This document shows, piece after piece, positions 12,754 to 26,374 of a stretch of DNA of 64,000 nt. Origin of the DNA: Chiloscyllium plagiosum (Eukaryota); assembly GCF_004010195.1 (NCBI RefSeq), contig NC_057719.1:48780914-48844913 (forward strand), written 5' to 3'. A program made the translations under genes and the position numbers. Position 1 is the first letter of the stretch. Each line of letters begins with the position of its first letter. The notes beneath the pieces are model-generated. The model saw only the letters and a program-made list of their open reading frames with translations. It did no database searches and was not told where the DNA came from.

Positions 12754-14024
12754 AAACAGCTTATTTCTGAAGCAGCTGAATAATGGATTAATGGTTTGTT
12801 CAACAGAGCTGGGAGGAAGCAATATACCCTGGCTTGCGTATTTAGAGGTGGGCTTGTGAACATGTTCATTTTTGCATCCCCCGTGAATATAATTCCAAAG
12901 GTGTTGGGTCTTAATGAGTATTCATGATTTTCTAATAAATACAAAGCATCATCGCTACTATGGAAGTTGGAAAAGCTGACCTGCCTGAAAACCTTTGAGA
13001 AGTTTAATTCACTGCTGGGAAAATTGAAATTTTGACTTCTTCTCAAATAAGTTCCCCTCACATCTTTCTAAAAGTCCTATGCATGCCCTGGAAATTGTGT
13101 CCCAGATATCTGCCAGGGACAAAAGTCTTTGGAACCTGCTTTACTTTAAAAAGTATTTAGTCTCAACTGTTCATGATTGACTTTAATTATGTTTTAGTGT
13201 AGAAAAGATAGCATTGCAATTCACAATTCCGGCCAAATCCCATTTTTAACAATTAAGCAAATTATGAAATGTTCGCAATAACTACTGATTTCATATACTT
13301 GGATTTTTCTCCAAGCCACACCAGCAAAGTTGTTACCTTTTTAATTGTTACCTATTTGTTGCACTAATTAGTTTATTTCTAATTTCATTAAAAGTAATAT
13401 CTCCTGGTATTGGTTATTCCATTTCCACTTCAGCTCAGAATCATGGATTCACTGATGCTGGATTGATTAATTTAATGTTGGATAAGGAATGCTGGAAATA
13501 CAATATTTTGGGTCCTTTGTTAATCCTCAATTAATTAGATATCTTGTACTGAAACTGAAAGGTGGAGGGATTAAGTTTGTGTATAACTTAAGTGATATAG
13601 CAAAGAACTTTTCAGACTTGATGAATATCTCAGTTACTATGGTGTAGCTGCCATTGCAACAATCTATTAACCCTATGTGTACTGAATTGTTTTGTATTTT
13701 CACATATTTTCTAATATGCTCCTACTTATTCCTGGATCATAATGTATTTTGTACATAAAAGCTCCTGAATGCTTATTATGAAAGATCTGTGTTGGATGGC
13801 ATTGTAGATTACATCACTTTTCTCTGAGAACTAACTTTATATGCAACTTATACTGCACAGTGCCAAAATAGTCTTTTGGTACTTTCAATTTGGCTCCTGT
13901 TTCATACATGATCACAGAGTAGAGGGTATTCATAATTCACATTCCTTTAAAGAGACCAATTGTATTCATACATAGCAGTGACATGCTATGAGCATCCTAA
14001 AGAGCTCCATCAACAATTTTTAAG

Positions 14025-14205
14025 AATCATAGAATAGCATCCCTATGAAGCAGGTCATCCAGCCCATACTGACCTCCAAACAGCATCCCACCCAGACCTA
14101 CTCCTATATTTCCCATGGCTAACTCACCTAGCCTGCACATCCCTGGACACTAGGGACAATTTAGGATGGCCAATCCCCTTAATGTGCACAGCTTTGGACT
14201 GTGTT
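14025..14205 (-). mobile_element. HE1-like V-SINE, 3' part
   Basis: agaatcatagaat tail and cctgcacatccctggacact...ctttggactgtg match the other V-SINE copies in the window. Confidence 0.75.
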
Positions 14206-14854
14206 GAATTGTGATTTTTTTGTTTTAACCTGGACAGACAGTATGGTTGTCATTGATATGAAAATGGCATTTCTGCTTTGAATTAAAACAAAACCTCCAA
14301 GATTGTATTCTAACCCTGGTGAGCACTGGGGAGTTATATGTTGAGAATGCTGATCAGTCACATCTGGTAATAACCAGATCCAGCTGCTGGCTTTGTTCTG
14401 ATCTTGAATGACTCCAGGACAACTTAGACATTGTTCATTCTGCAAGAAGGTGTCATACGAAGTTTGTGGTAGCAGGAAAGCTCAATTAGTCTCTGACCAT
14501 TCACATTTAACTTCCACAGTCCATGATGTCTGAGGCAGGAGGGATGTGATTCATGGTCTGTATTCAGTCTCACACTGACATCCCCCAGGGGGCAAAGATT
14601 TTCTGACTTTGGGATTCTGTGTCATTGAAGTTGTCTTTTGCCTCTGCAGGGGACCACAGAGTTGAGATCACTGAGATTAATTGGCCCTTATTGAGTTGAC
14701 ACATGGATAAAGACAACAGATTATGAACTATTTATTTTTTCTGTCATTGACAGGAACGAGGTCTTAACAGTGAAGCCTGCATTTTTCTAACACATTTCCT
14801 TATACTGCCAGATGAATGCATAATTTATTTCTTTCAGGGATTCGCACTTACATG

Positions 14855-16610
14855 CAAACATGAAAAAAGAGCATTCAGCCCCTCCACCATTCAGTGAAAT
14901 CATGGCTGCCTTGATTACAATCTCAAATTGCATTCCAACCAAACCCTGATAATCCTTTATTCCCTTGCTTAACAAACAATTATCAACATTTGCCTTAAAA
15001 ATACTCAAGAACACCGTTTTCTGCGTGTTTTCAGGAAGGCAGCTCCAAAGGCTCCCAGCCATCTGAGATAAACATATTGCCTCTTTCCTGTTTTAAATAG
15101 TGATCTCTGACCTTTAGAAGAACTGGTGACCCCTAGTGCTGGTTTCTTTCACAGGAGAAAACATGTCCACATTTACCCTGTTGAGAGCCCTCAGGATTTT
15201 ATATGTTTCCATCAAGTCACCTCTTACTCTTTTGAACTCCAGTAGATACATACATAGTCTGTCCAACCTTTCTTCATGAAACAACCCACATATTCCAGGC
15301 ATTTGGCAGATAAATCCTCTCTGAGCTGTCTCTAATGTATTTAGGTCCTCCCTTGAATGAAGTGACCAGTAGTACACGCAGTACTCCAGATACAATGTCA
15401 CCAATGCCTTCTATAACTGAGGCGTAATCCTCCCACTTTTATTTTCAACTCCCCTCACAACACATGATAATATTTCCTAATTACTTGATGTATTTGGATA
15501 TTAGTCTTTTGCGATTCATGTGCAAAGACACTCATCCTTCTGCATTTCAGAGTTCTCTTAGCCTTGACCATTTAGATAATGTGCCTCTTTTTATTTTTCC
15601 TGCCAAAATAGACAATTTCATATTTTCCCACATTATACTCTATTTGCCAGATCTTTTCATACTCATTTAACCTATCCATATATTTTTGTAGCCTCCTTAT
15701 GCTCTTCACAACTTAATTTCCTACCTCTCATTCCATCATCGGCAAATTTGGCAACTATACCATCCCTTCATCCAAGTCATTTATGTAATTTGTAAACAGT
15801 TTAGGTCCAAGCACCACTCCATGTGCCACACCATTCATTGTATCTTGCCAACCTGAAAAAGACACATTTATACTTATTCTCTGCTTCCTGCTAGCCAGTG
15901 AATCTTCTATTCATGTCAGCATCCTAAACCAGAACTTTTATTTAGCTTTATTACAGCACCTTTGCAAATGCTTTCTGGAAATGTAAGTATAGTACATCCA
16001 GCAGTTCCCCTTTATCTACAATACACATTACCTCCTCAAAGATGTTCGATAGTTTGGTTAACATGATTTTCCTTTTACAAAACCATATTATTCTGCTCAA
16101 TTATCTTGGATTTATCTATATGCCCCACTATAAATTCTTTAATGATAGTTTCCTCTTTGAATAAAGGAGTTACATTTGTTATCTTCCGATATCATGAGAC
16201 TGTCTCCCGATCAAGGGAGTTTTGAAAAATTAAAATCAATGATCTCATTAGCCACTTCTTTTCAGATCCTATGTTGAACTGGCCACTTGACAGCCCACAG
16301 TTGCCACAATTCACTTATTATCACTTCGCTGCTGATTTTATTTTTACTAAGTTCCTCCCCCCATTCCCTGTATTATCTCTGCTTCTGGGATGTTACTTGT
16401 ACCCTTTATATTAGATTTTAGATTAGATTCCGCCTGTCCTTGCTTCTGCAACTCCTGAGACCCTTCAACTTGCAACCCTCATCCTGCAATGCAACAACCA
16501 CCTCCCACCCCCGGCTACTCATCCCTTGTCTGCTGCTCCAGGACTTTGGCATTACTGTGCAGACAGCAGCCATTGAAGACTGATGTAAAGTAACTTCAAT
16601 TCATATGCCA
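14855..16610 (-). mobile_element. Old CR1 LINE (RT and 3' end), decayed
   Basis: LYLEYCVYYWS...LETAQRGF...RGDLMETYKIL...TRGH (CR1 C-terminal motifs). RT-like sequence continues to about 16610. Confidence 0.85.
16411..16571 (+). repeat. Insertion: SINE/CR1-type tail plus 143-bp copy of 17004-17146
   Basis: 16429-16571 matches 17004-17146 with 3 mismatches. Preceded by ttagattttagattagattc. Interrupts the CR1 remnant. Confidence 0.92.
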
Positions 16611-17554
16611 TTACCCTTGGTGAGTCAAGTCCCTTGTAGATTAGCTATGTTCAGCCATTAAGTTCAATGCTGAGTAGTTCTGAAGAAGATTCATATATAG
16701 GTTGTATCATTAACTATGACACAGTCTTCCCTGAAGAAGGATGAGGGAGGTAAAGATAATCAGAAAGGCTAGCAGTGGATAAATGCCCACTGCCTTCCTG
16801 CCATCTCAGAAATTCAGTTCTGAGTGGAACAGTCCACGTTTGACTTTTCCAACCTGCTGCCAATTTAGAGCTTTATGCAGTGATTCCCGATTGGTAAAAT
16901 GAAGAGACCTTCCATGCTTGCTCGGTGGGGACCTCAGCCTGCTGTAATCTGAGGGTGACTGAGAACACCGATGGGATAGGGCAGGAGTAGTTGCTGAAAG
17001 CCATCCGCCTGTCCTTGCTTCTGCAACTCCTGAGACCCTTCAACTTGCAACCCTCATCCTGCAATGCAACAACCATCTCCCACCCTTGGCTACTCATCCC
17101 TTGTCTGCTGCTCCAGGACTTTGGCATTACTGTGCAGACAGCAGCCTCAACATCTGAGGCAGTGCTACGGCAGCTGCATGCCTCGAATTTGACAGTTCAT
17201 GTGAGTTAGTACATTAATCTTGCACAAATTGATGCAACAAACCTCCCACCAGCTGACAATTTGGGGCTCTGATAGGCGCAAGGTTGGCTGGGCTTTCCCA
17301 TTGGCGGTAGTGGGGTGTAGGGTGTTGGGGTATTCTGCATGTTGATACCTGCCATGCATTTCAAAATTTGATCAGACATTCATAGCCATTGTTTCCTTCT
17401 CCAAAGATAGTACCAGACCTGCTGAGTGTTTCAAGAATGCTTTTTTATATTCTGTGCCAATCACAGTTGACTGATAGGCATTATTGCCCTGTTAAGGATC
17501 TTCTGTGAATCCAATGCACATAGTCCTGATGTTCCAGCTTGTTAATTAAATAGC

Positions 17555-17960
17555 AAGTTTGAGAAGATTTGTAGCTCTGGTTGAGGTTCTGGATGTAGGT
17601 TTGCTCACTGAGCTGGAAGGTTCGTTTTCAGATGTTTTGTCACCCTACTAGGTAACATCTTCAGTGAGCCTCCGGATGAAGCACTGCTCATGGTTCTTGC
17701 TTTCTATTTATATGTTTGGATTTCTTTGGGTTGGTGATGTCATTTCCTGTGGTGATGTCATTTCCTGTTCATTTTCTCAAGGGGTGGTAAATGGGGTCAA
17801 AGTCAATCTGTTTGTTGATAGAGTTCCGGTTGGAATGCCATGCTTCTAGAAATTCTCATGCATGTCTCTGTTTGGCTTGTCCTAGGATGGATATATTGTC
17901 CCAGTCGAAGTGGTGTCCTTCCGCATCTGTATGTAAAGATGCTAGTGAGAGAGGGACATG
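17555..17960 (-). mobile_element. Penelope-like element, 5'-truncated
   Basis: Same family as 12186 and 34567. Perfect 16-bp TSD ttgttaattaaatagc at 17539-17554 and 17961-17976. Confidence 0.88.
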
Positions 17961-18708
17961 TTGTTAATTAAATAGCTGGCAATGTTTAATTAATTTGTTT
18001 GCCTGATGCAATGGATTCTGTCCTCTTGAGCAAACACTCTGAACCTGCAAGAACTCATTGAGCAGGTGCATTTGGTTGTGCCTTCCTAGTCAAATGCTGC
18101 CCAACTGTGGTGGGCAGTGACTGACCACTGAGACATGCTGGTCCCTTGCTGTGACATCCTGCTTCACCCACTCTCTACACCAATCTAGTTCAGCATATCA
18201 CTCATGATTTAGTTTCCTGTGTTGGCTTAATGCTCTGCCACAAAACTGGAGTGTCCTCAAAAAGAACAAGCCTGAGGAAAATGTGTGGAGACACTGACCT
18301 GTCACAAAGCCCGTTAACGATTTCCCTGATTGAGTCGAAAGGAATTCAAAACTTAACATTTGACAGACTTGGTTGCAGGTGTTGCCACAGAGATAACATG
18401 TTCAGGTATCAGTCCGCCTATTCATTTGACTCTAAATGTTTTAGCAAGATTTACTTCCATAGGCTGTAACTCTGTGAGTATCCACAAGGCAATGAAGATA
18501 TCTGCCCATAGCTTGTAGGTTGGTACCTCAACGCCTGGGCCTACATACTGCATGTACTGAACTTCTAAATGACAATGAATACTGTCTAAGAATTTAGTCT
18601 AACAATTTCTCAATTATTGAGCCTTCACTCTCCAATATTAACAATCTACTATCATCCCACACCATGTCTGTAAGTAGAGTGGATTCACAGACATTGGTCA
18701 GTGCTTCC

Positions 18709-18972
18709 ATTAGATTAGATTCTCTACAGGCCCTTAGGCCCAACAAGTCCACACCAACCCTCTGAAGTAGCCCACCTAGACCCATTCCCCAACCCTATAT
18801 TTACCCCTGACTAATTCACCTAACACTATGGGCAATTTAGCCTGATCTGCACATATTTGGATTGTGGGAGGAAACCAGAGCACCCGCTCAGACAGTCACC
18901 CGAGGCAGGGATTGAACCCAGGTCTCTGGCACTGTGAGGCTGCAGTACTAACCACTGAGCCACCATGCCACC
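18709..18972 (-). mobile_element. HE1-like V-SINE
   Basis: ttagattagatt tail, partial V-domain and tRNA-like head (gggattgaaccc...taaccactgagccacc). Confidence 0.85.
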
Positions 18973-19659
18973 CCTATGCTGCGCTAGGTGTTTGCTGCCT
19001 TATTTGCTGCTTTGCTTATGCTAGCAGCCTGGAATACATTTCACCTGGATGTGGTAATGTATCCATTTTGAAGCATAGTAAACTGTTAAAATTTCCTCTC
19101 TCATTACGTTTAAACATTTTGAACTCCTTTTTTTAAACTAGTAGGATGCAACTAAATCAATGCAACTGAACTGAACAATTGAGACGAAATATAGAAGGAT
19201 GATGCAATCTATCTTGTCAAGCACTGTGCATATGTTGAAGATGGTAACCAAAGCTAACAAATGATAGTCTTAGTCACAGTGGAAGTCATATTAGATTTTG
19301 ACTAGTGCCACTTTGATGCTTGGAAGAGGATGGACATTAGAATGAAGGGAGGCAAGTTGGATGTTTGATAATATGGGAACACCATGAAAGGACTAAATAA
19401 TTCTAAGGACCATAGCCTCTCTAAAACCACGTAGAACAGAGTCCCCATAACAAATGTCCAAGGTTTGGAGCTCTACATGCACTTGCCAGACAGACCTTTG
19501 GCTAGTTTCAACATGGAAAGGATTGAGAACTTAAAACAGGCTTTAGGACCTTTTGCTACAGAGCAGTCTGTTTCCACACCAATACTTCTATATACTGAAG
19601 GAATGCACCAGCAAGGGAATGACAACCATTAGCTCAGATGATAGATCTGACTCTTGTTT

Positions 19660-20825
19660 TTCTGTATGGCATGTAGATATCTCTGGCTGGACCAATATTT
19701 ATTGCCATCCTTCAATACTGTGAAGAAAGAGGTGAAAAGCTACCTTTTTGACCCATCAAAGTCCCTGTAGTGTATTTATGACCACAATGGTTGTTGGAAG
19801 AAAGTTCCAGGATTTTGATCTAGCATCAGGAAGGAACGGCAATATATTTCCAAGTCAGGATGGTATGTGGTTTGGAAAAGAACTTGTAGCTGGTTGTGCT
19901 CCGATGCATCTGCTGCCCTTATTGTTCTCAGTAGCACAGGTCATGGGTTTGCAAGATGCTTTTAAAGGATTTGTTGCAGTGTATCTTGGCCATGGGTATG
20001 CACTGCTGTTAATGTGTGTTGGTGGTGAGGGGACTGAGTGTTTTAGATGATAAAACAAGTGTCAATCAAGCGACACTTTTTCACAGATGTTATTAACCTT
20101 CTTAAGTGTTATTAGAGCTACATTCACCCAGACAAGTGGAGATTATTCCATCAAACTGCTGACTTATGCCTTGTAGATGGTGGACAGGCTTAGGGAGAAA
20201 GGAAGTAAGCTTCCTGTCACAGAATTCCTAGCTTCTGGCCGGTATATTTAAGGTTTATGGTTAATGGTAACAACAGGATATTGATATTGGGTGATTCAGC
20301 AATGGCTATTCCATTGAATGACATGGATCGATGGTTACGTTCTTTCTTGTTTGAGATGTCATTGCCTGGCACTTGTGTGGTGCAAATGTTACTTGTGACT
20401 GATTAGCTCAAGACTGGACTTTGTTCTGTTTTGCTACAATACCTGATGTGTCCCCAATGGTGCTAAACAACCATCAGTGACATCCCCATTTCTGACCTTA
20501 TGATGGAGGAAAGCCATTGACAAAACAGCTGAAAGTAGTTGGACTAAGGACACTACCCTGAGGAGCTCCTGCTGTTGTCTCCTTGGGCTGAGGTGACTGA
20601 CCTCGATTAATCAATAGCATTTTACTTTTCGTTATGCATGACTCCAGCCAGTGGGGAGTCCCCAAATCCACCCAATCCCCACTCCCCACCAACCACCCCC
20701 TCCACCACCCCGATTCTAAATGACTCTTGTTTTGCTTGAATTCCTTTATGCCACACTTAGTCAAATGCTGCCTTAATGTCACCCTCATCACAAATTTCTC
20801 ACTGAGGCTATAGATTTCCCACCTA
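19660..20825 (-). mobile_element. CR1-group LINE family A, 3' portion
   Basis: APQGSVLSPTTFSCFVN RT motif. Homologous to the 7000-7690 part of the plus-strand copy. Confidence 0.8.
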
Positions 20826-20829
20826 GTCA

Positions 20830-22600
20830 CGCTGCTTTTACATTCCAACCCTCTTAAGATAAATGACAACATTACATTTGCTTTCTTAAACACGGACTCA
20901 ACCTGCAAGTCAACCTTTAGAGAATCCTGGACTAGCACTCCGAGATCCCTTTGTACTTTGACCTTAGGAATTTTCTCACCATTTAGAAAATAGCCTGTCC
21001 TTGTATTATTTTTTCCAAAGTTCAAGACCTCCCATTTGTTCACTTTGAATTTCATCAGCCGTTTCCTGGACCACTCTCCTAAACTGTCTAAATCTTTCTG
21101 CAGCTTCTCCACCTCCTCAGTACTACCTGCCTGTCCACCTAACTTCATATCATTGGCGAACTTCACCAGAATGCCCCCAGTCCCTTCATCCAGATCATTA
21201 ATGTATAAATATGTTAATGTCGCCGTGGGCAGCACGGTGGCACAGTGGTTAGCACTGCTGCCTTACAGCACCTGAGACCCGGGTTCAATTCCCGCCTCAG
21301 GCGACTGACTGTGTGGAGTTTGCACATTCTCCCCGTGTCTGTGTGGGTTTCCTCCGGGTGCTCCGGTTTCCTCCCACAATCCAAAGATGTGCAGGTCAAG
21401 TGAATTGGCCATGCTAAATTGCCCGTAGTGTTAGGTAATGGGTAAATGTAGGGGTATGGGTGGGTTGCGCTTCGGATGGTCGATGTGGACTTGTTGGGCC
21501 GAAGGGCCTGTTTCCACACTGTAATGTAATGTAATCTAATCTAAAGTGAACAGCTGCAGCCCCAACACTGAACCCTGCGGGACACCGCTTGTCACTGGCT
21601 GCCATTCCGAAAAAGAACCTTTTATCTCAACTCTCTGCCTTCTGTCAGTTAGCCAATCCTCAATCCATGCCAGTAACTTACCTCGAAACCCTGGGCCCTC
21701 ACCTTACTCAGCAGCCTTCCATGAGGCACCTTATCAAAGGCCTTTTGGAAGTCCAGGTAGATAACATCCACTAGGTTTCCCTGGGCTAACCTACTTGTTA
21801 CCTCTTCAAAGAATTCTAACAGGTTTGTCAGGCATGATCTCCCCTTTCCAAATCCATGCTGACTTATTCTAATCTGACACTGTACTTCCAAGAATTTAGA
21901 AATCTCATCCTTAGCGATGGATTCTAGAATTTTACCTACAACCGAGGTTAGACTAATTGGCCTATAATTTTCCATCTTTTGTCTTGAGTCTTTCTTGAAC
22001 AAGGGGGTTACAACAGTGATTTTCCAAACATCTGGGACTTTCCCCGACTCCAGTGATTTTTGAACGATTACAACCAACGCCTCTGCTATTTCTTTAGCCA
22101 CCTTCCTCAGAACTCTAGGATGTAGCCCATCAGGGTCAGGAGATTTATCAATTTTTAGACCTTTAGGCTTTTCTAGCGCTTTCTCTTTTGTAATGGCTAC
22201 CATGCTCAACTCTGCCCCTTGACTCTCCTTAATTGTTGGGATATTACTCATGTCTTCCACTGTGGAGACTGACACAAAGTATTTATTAAGTTCTTCAGCT
22301 ATTTCCTTATCTCCCATCAATAGCCTTCCTGCATCGATTTGAAGCAGCCCAATTTCTACTTTTGCCTCTTGTTGATTTCTTATGTATTGAAAGAAACTGT
22401 TATTATCATTTCTAATACTACTGGCTAGCTTACCTTCATATTTGATCCTCTCCTTCCTTATGTCTCTCTTTGTTATCCTCTGTTTTTGTAGTCTTCCCAA
22501 TCTTCTGATTTCACAGAGCTCTTAGCCACTTTATAGGTTATCTCTTTTCAATGAAGCATTTCCTGACTTCCTTTGTCAGCCATGGCTGTATAATACCCCC
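20830..22600 (-). mobile_element. CR1 LINE ORF2 fragment (reverse transcriptase), interrupted by a V-SINE
   Basis: ORF 21649..22500 has VTPLFKK..NYRPISLTSVVGKILE, QHGF.KGRSCLTNLLEFF and IYLDFQKAFDKVPH. It continues as YINDLD...KFANDMKLGG (FADD mutated). Confidence 0.95.
21227..21545 (+). mobile_element. HE1-like V-SINE, full length, young
   Basis: Box A tggcacagtggttagc, box B gggttcaattccc, V-domain gtttgcacattctccccgtgtctgtgtgggtttcctccgggtgctccggtttcctccc, and (aatgt/aatct)n tail. CpGs retained. Confidence 0.95.
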
Positions 22601-22629
22601 ACCACCCGCCCCCTGCCACCCACCCACCC

Positions 22630-22860
22630 CAGATGTGGCTGTGTGGAATTTGCATATTTTCCCCATATCTATATAGATTTCCCTGGGGTGCTCCGGTTTC
22701 CGCTCACTGTCCAGGGAAATACAGGCTCCATGGATTTGCCATGGTAAATATAGGATCACAGAGATAAAGTAGGGAGCTAGGTCTGGGTGGGATACTCTTC
22801 GGAGGGTTGGTGTGACTTGATGGGCTGAATGGCCTGCCTCCACACTGTCGGGATTCTACT
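22630..22860 (+). mobile_element. HE1-like V-SINE, 5'-truncated
   Basis: V-domain tgtgtggaatttgcata...ggtgctccggtttcc and CR1-like tail gggctgaatggcctgcctccacactgt. Confidence 0.8.
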
Positions 22861-24949
22861 CTGCTTGACATTGCCAAGTATTCATAATTACACAAGACCA
22901 ATCCCTAGGAAATGCAAAAAAGGAATTCCTGTGGAACAGGTGATCATATTATTTTTCTCACCTGCACTAGATCATCTATCAATCAAAACGATCCTGCGGT
23001 TCGTACTTGTAACTCTCATGATTAGCTTCTTCAAAAGGCCTCAATACCTTTTCATCTACTTCACTAAAATGTATTACTTGCACGGTGCATGTTAAGGCCC
23101 TTGCAACAGCCAAATTTGGTTTTGTTTAAACTCAGCATTAGGCTAAAATTGTCCTGCAAAGTTTGGATTTTGCACCTGTATGAATCTCCCCCATGCTGAC
23201 AAAAATTGGCCCCTTGTAAAATGGGGCTAGGATTTCCACATTTGTGTACTGATATCATTTTTAAAACTCTTCCTGACACTGCAAATTTCTGGCCTTTATT
23301 CCTTTTAAGCTTGGGTATCAAAACTTAAAGTGAACGATTTGCAAAGGATGTGGATGAGCCACATCGATGGGAGTTCTGCCAATTATAGATCTTGGCTAAG
23401 AGAACCCCCAAAGAAATTCCTGACATCAATTCCTTTGAAGTAAGTTTAGATAATGTACAGAAACTAGAAATATTGCCAGTTAAAAAAGACACAGTCCATT
23501 TGGCTATCTTCCCACTGAGGGAAAGCAAATATAAGTCATACCTTCATGGTTATGCAGAAGATTATTAAAAATGTGTTTGTTGTAGCTGTCATGAGGCAAC
23601 AAATTTTAATGGCTATCCTTTATTTCAATATGAAAATGATAGTGCTATTTGTTCTCATTTGGTTGCTAGGACACCTGTGCACATTCATAGATTAATATTG
23701 TGGGGCAAATGTAAAAATGTGTTTATTGAAAGCCATTAAGAGGATTACAGACTAAAATGGCTTTTTAGCTGTATGTATATAATTAAAAGTCTTGCATCTA
23801 GTGCATGTCTGTACTGCATAAAAAATGCATCATACTTGAAACTATCACATATGCAATTTATATGATACACTTGGTTTAACTATCAAATTCATTAAAAGGG
23901 ATAAATAATTTAATTAAATAGTGTTGATTGCCTGACATGCGACTAAGTGCTTCAGATGTAATAAGAAGCAAAAATTTCAGAAAGCAAATAGGACAGAGGA
24001 AATCAATGAAATTGCAAAAACCTTACAGAAATTTCACTAAAATATGTACATACATAGAATACAAGGAAGAAAATTGGGGCCAGTCAAAGCGCAAAATGCT
24101 GCATCTGTTGTAAATCTGAAATAAGTACATCTGCAGAATTTAAAGATTTTATTTGATGTATTACTGCTGTGTGCTTCCAGCAATTCCAGCAAAATAAAAA
24201 CTGGAGTAATTGATCAAAAGTATGTAACAGCAACATCTAAAACATGGCAGCTGATGGGTGTCGCACCTTCGAGTAGAGTATATGAGAGAGACAATGGTCC
24301 AGATTTTGCAGTTGGAATGACAGCACAATTGTCAGTATTTGGCATCATAATCGGGTGAAACTGACAGCAAGTTGGGATATCTGCAGTTTAACATGGAAAT
24401 CCAGAAGCTGCTGTCTGTAATTCTGTATTGCTCCAAGAGTGTATTATTGAAGTCCTTTTAAATGGAAATCTCAGAAATCACTGGTTTTAATGTGAAACTT
24501 CCATTTCTTATGTTTTAGTTTCTCTGCAACAACCTTTGAAAAACTTGCAATTGTGATTGTAATTTAAAGTTACAATCTGTGGCCTGTGCAGATGAACAGT
24601 CATGCAATAACCTGTGAGGACCAGTGCGGGCCTAGTTTTGTAATTTATAGCATGTATGAATGGTCAGCAAAATATTTTAAAGGAACCAAGTACTGAGAAA
24701 ACTGGTCAAACAAAACAACTACATTTCAAAGGGAACATCAAACATAATTAGTATTAGACAATCTCTCAGATCCTGAAACAATAGTTTTATATTTTTTAAA
24801 TGTCAAATTTATTCATTATATTTTTTTAAAATAATAATTTATAATACAAACATATGAAGATATAAGTTGAAAATGGGTGTAGGCCACTCCACCCCTCAAA
24901 CCTACTCCACCATTAAATAAAATCATGATTGACCTGAATGCAGATCTCC

Positions 24950-25620
24950 TATCTTGAACAAGCTTCCCTCCCATCCATCCAACCCAAACTTTGGGTCAGT
25001 TACATGGGTGACACCTTTGTCATCACAAAACGGAACAAATTAGAGGAAACATACAACACAATCAACAATATCCTGACAGATATAAAATTCACAAAAGAGG
25101 ACGAGAACGACAACAGATGTGACTGTCCTAGATATGACAGTTAAATGTAAGGTTAACTGAGAGATTCAAACCAGCGTCTACAGAAAAACAACAAACACAG
25201 ACCCCTCATTTAATCATGACAAAGTTTCCCACTACTAAGGGTGTTACAGAAAGAATAGCCACTCTTCAGATAGGGTTAGAAAATCATGTGGACATATGGA
25301 CAGTTAGTCTGTCTACCTTCATTGTAGTAGCTGGAGTTAAAATACTTAACTTCAGAAGCAATCATCCCAACACCCACAAACAGAGCTGCATCAAGACATT
25401 ATTTCAATGAGCTACATCACACTGCAGTACTCAAGAACTACAAAAAGCAGAAGGGAAGTTCTATATAATGTTTTCAAGAAAAATGGACAAACTGCCAATT
25501 CCTCAGAAACAAACCCAAACAAGCGGACACTACCAACCAAAACTATAGCCACATTACCTTACATCAAAGACATATCAGAAATGACTTCCAGACTACTCAG
25601 TATTATGGTATTATGGTAGC
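24950..25620 (+). mobile_element. Penelope-like RT fragment with a foreign ~136-bp insert
   Basis: PKLWVSYMGDTFVI (decayed RYVDD), TSVYRKTTNTD|ILNFRSNHPNTHK, ATLPYIKDISEMTSRLL. Confidence 0.87.
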
Positions 25621-26374
25621 GAGTTAACTTACATACTCACCATCAATCTGAACTACAAACCTTCTCAAAATTCGCAAATGTACAGCTCTCAATCAGGGGT
25701 CAGGGTGATCACGTTCAGAGATGGCCTTGCAGGTCTGTCAGCTTTGAGGGACAGTCAATCCTGGGTGTCTGTTCACTGAACTTTAACAGGGGTTTTCAGG
25801 GACCACTGGTGTGCTGGACAGAGTTGGGGAAGTCAGTCATGGGATTGAAGGCAGATAAGGAGGGGACTGTATTTGTGAAAGGAGGCATCTCAACATATGA
25901 GTTCCTAATGCTCTTAGAATCTCCAAACTGTGTGCCAAATGGCTTGGGCAGCATACATCTAAATTAGTTTAAGGCATGTAGGATCCATATAGAAACATCC
26001 CATTGCCCCCTCCCTGAACTTGTTGGGGGGGGGCTTCATATGTCTGAATGTTTTGCTGACAATATTTAAATGTGGTGTGTATGTACTGTGACTGCTAAAT
26101 AGTCACATTACTGAGGAGTTACTTTGTTGGTCACATTACCCACATATGGGCTCATTGGAACCATCTCCAATGGATCCAGGCAAGAAGTTATTGTCATCTC
26201 TGTGGCCGTTGCATTAAAAGCATCCACAGAAATGGATGAGGAACACATGCATCTGGAAGTCCCAGACCAACTTCAACCTATAGTGCCTGTGTAACAGTCT
26301 CTGAATGTAGCAATTCCAGCTGAAGGTGCTATCATAATACGCAGAAGACCCTCAATTAATACGCAGAAGACCCT

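Noticed and set aside
20498..21235. 245-aa ORF as a gene
   Set aside because: Accidental read-through joining a SINE edge, a CR1 RT fragment and a different LINE family. The catalytic FADD is mutated to FAND.
21227..21300. tRNA gene
   Set aside because: Box A/B sequence is followed directly by the V-domain and a LINE-like tail, so it is a SINE head. The same applies to the other tRNA-like segments.
21649..22500. 283-aa RT ORF as a functional or domesticated gene
   Set aside because: Internal piece of a truncated CR1 ORF2, frameshifted and split by a SINE.
23389..23439. 51-nt open exon-like segment (tag...gtaagt)
   Set aside because: The acceptor lacks a good polypyrimidine tract and the peptide ILAKRTPKEIPDINSFE is not recognised. 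Compatible with chance.
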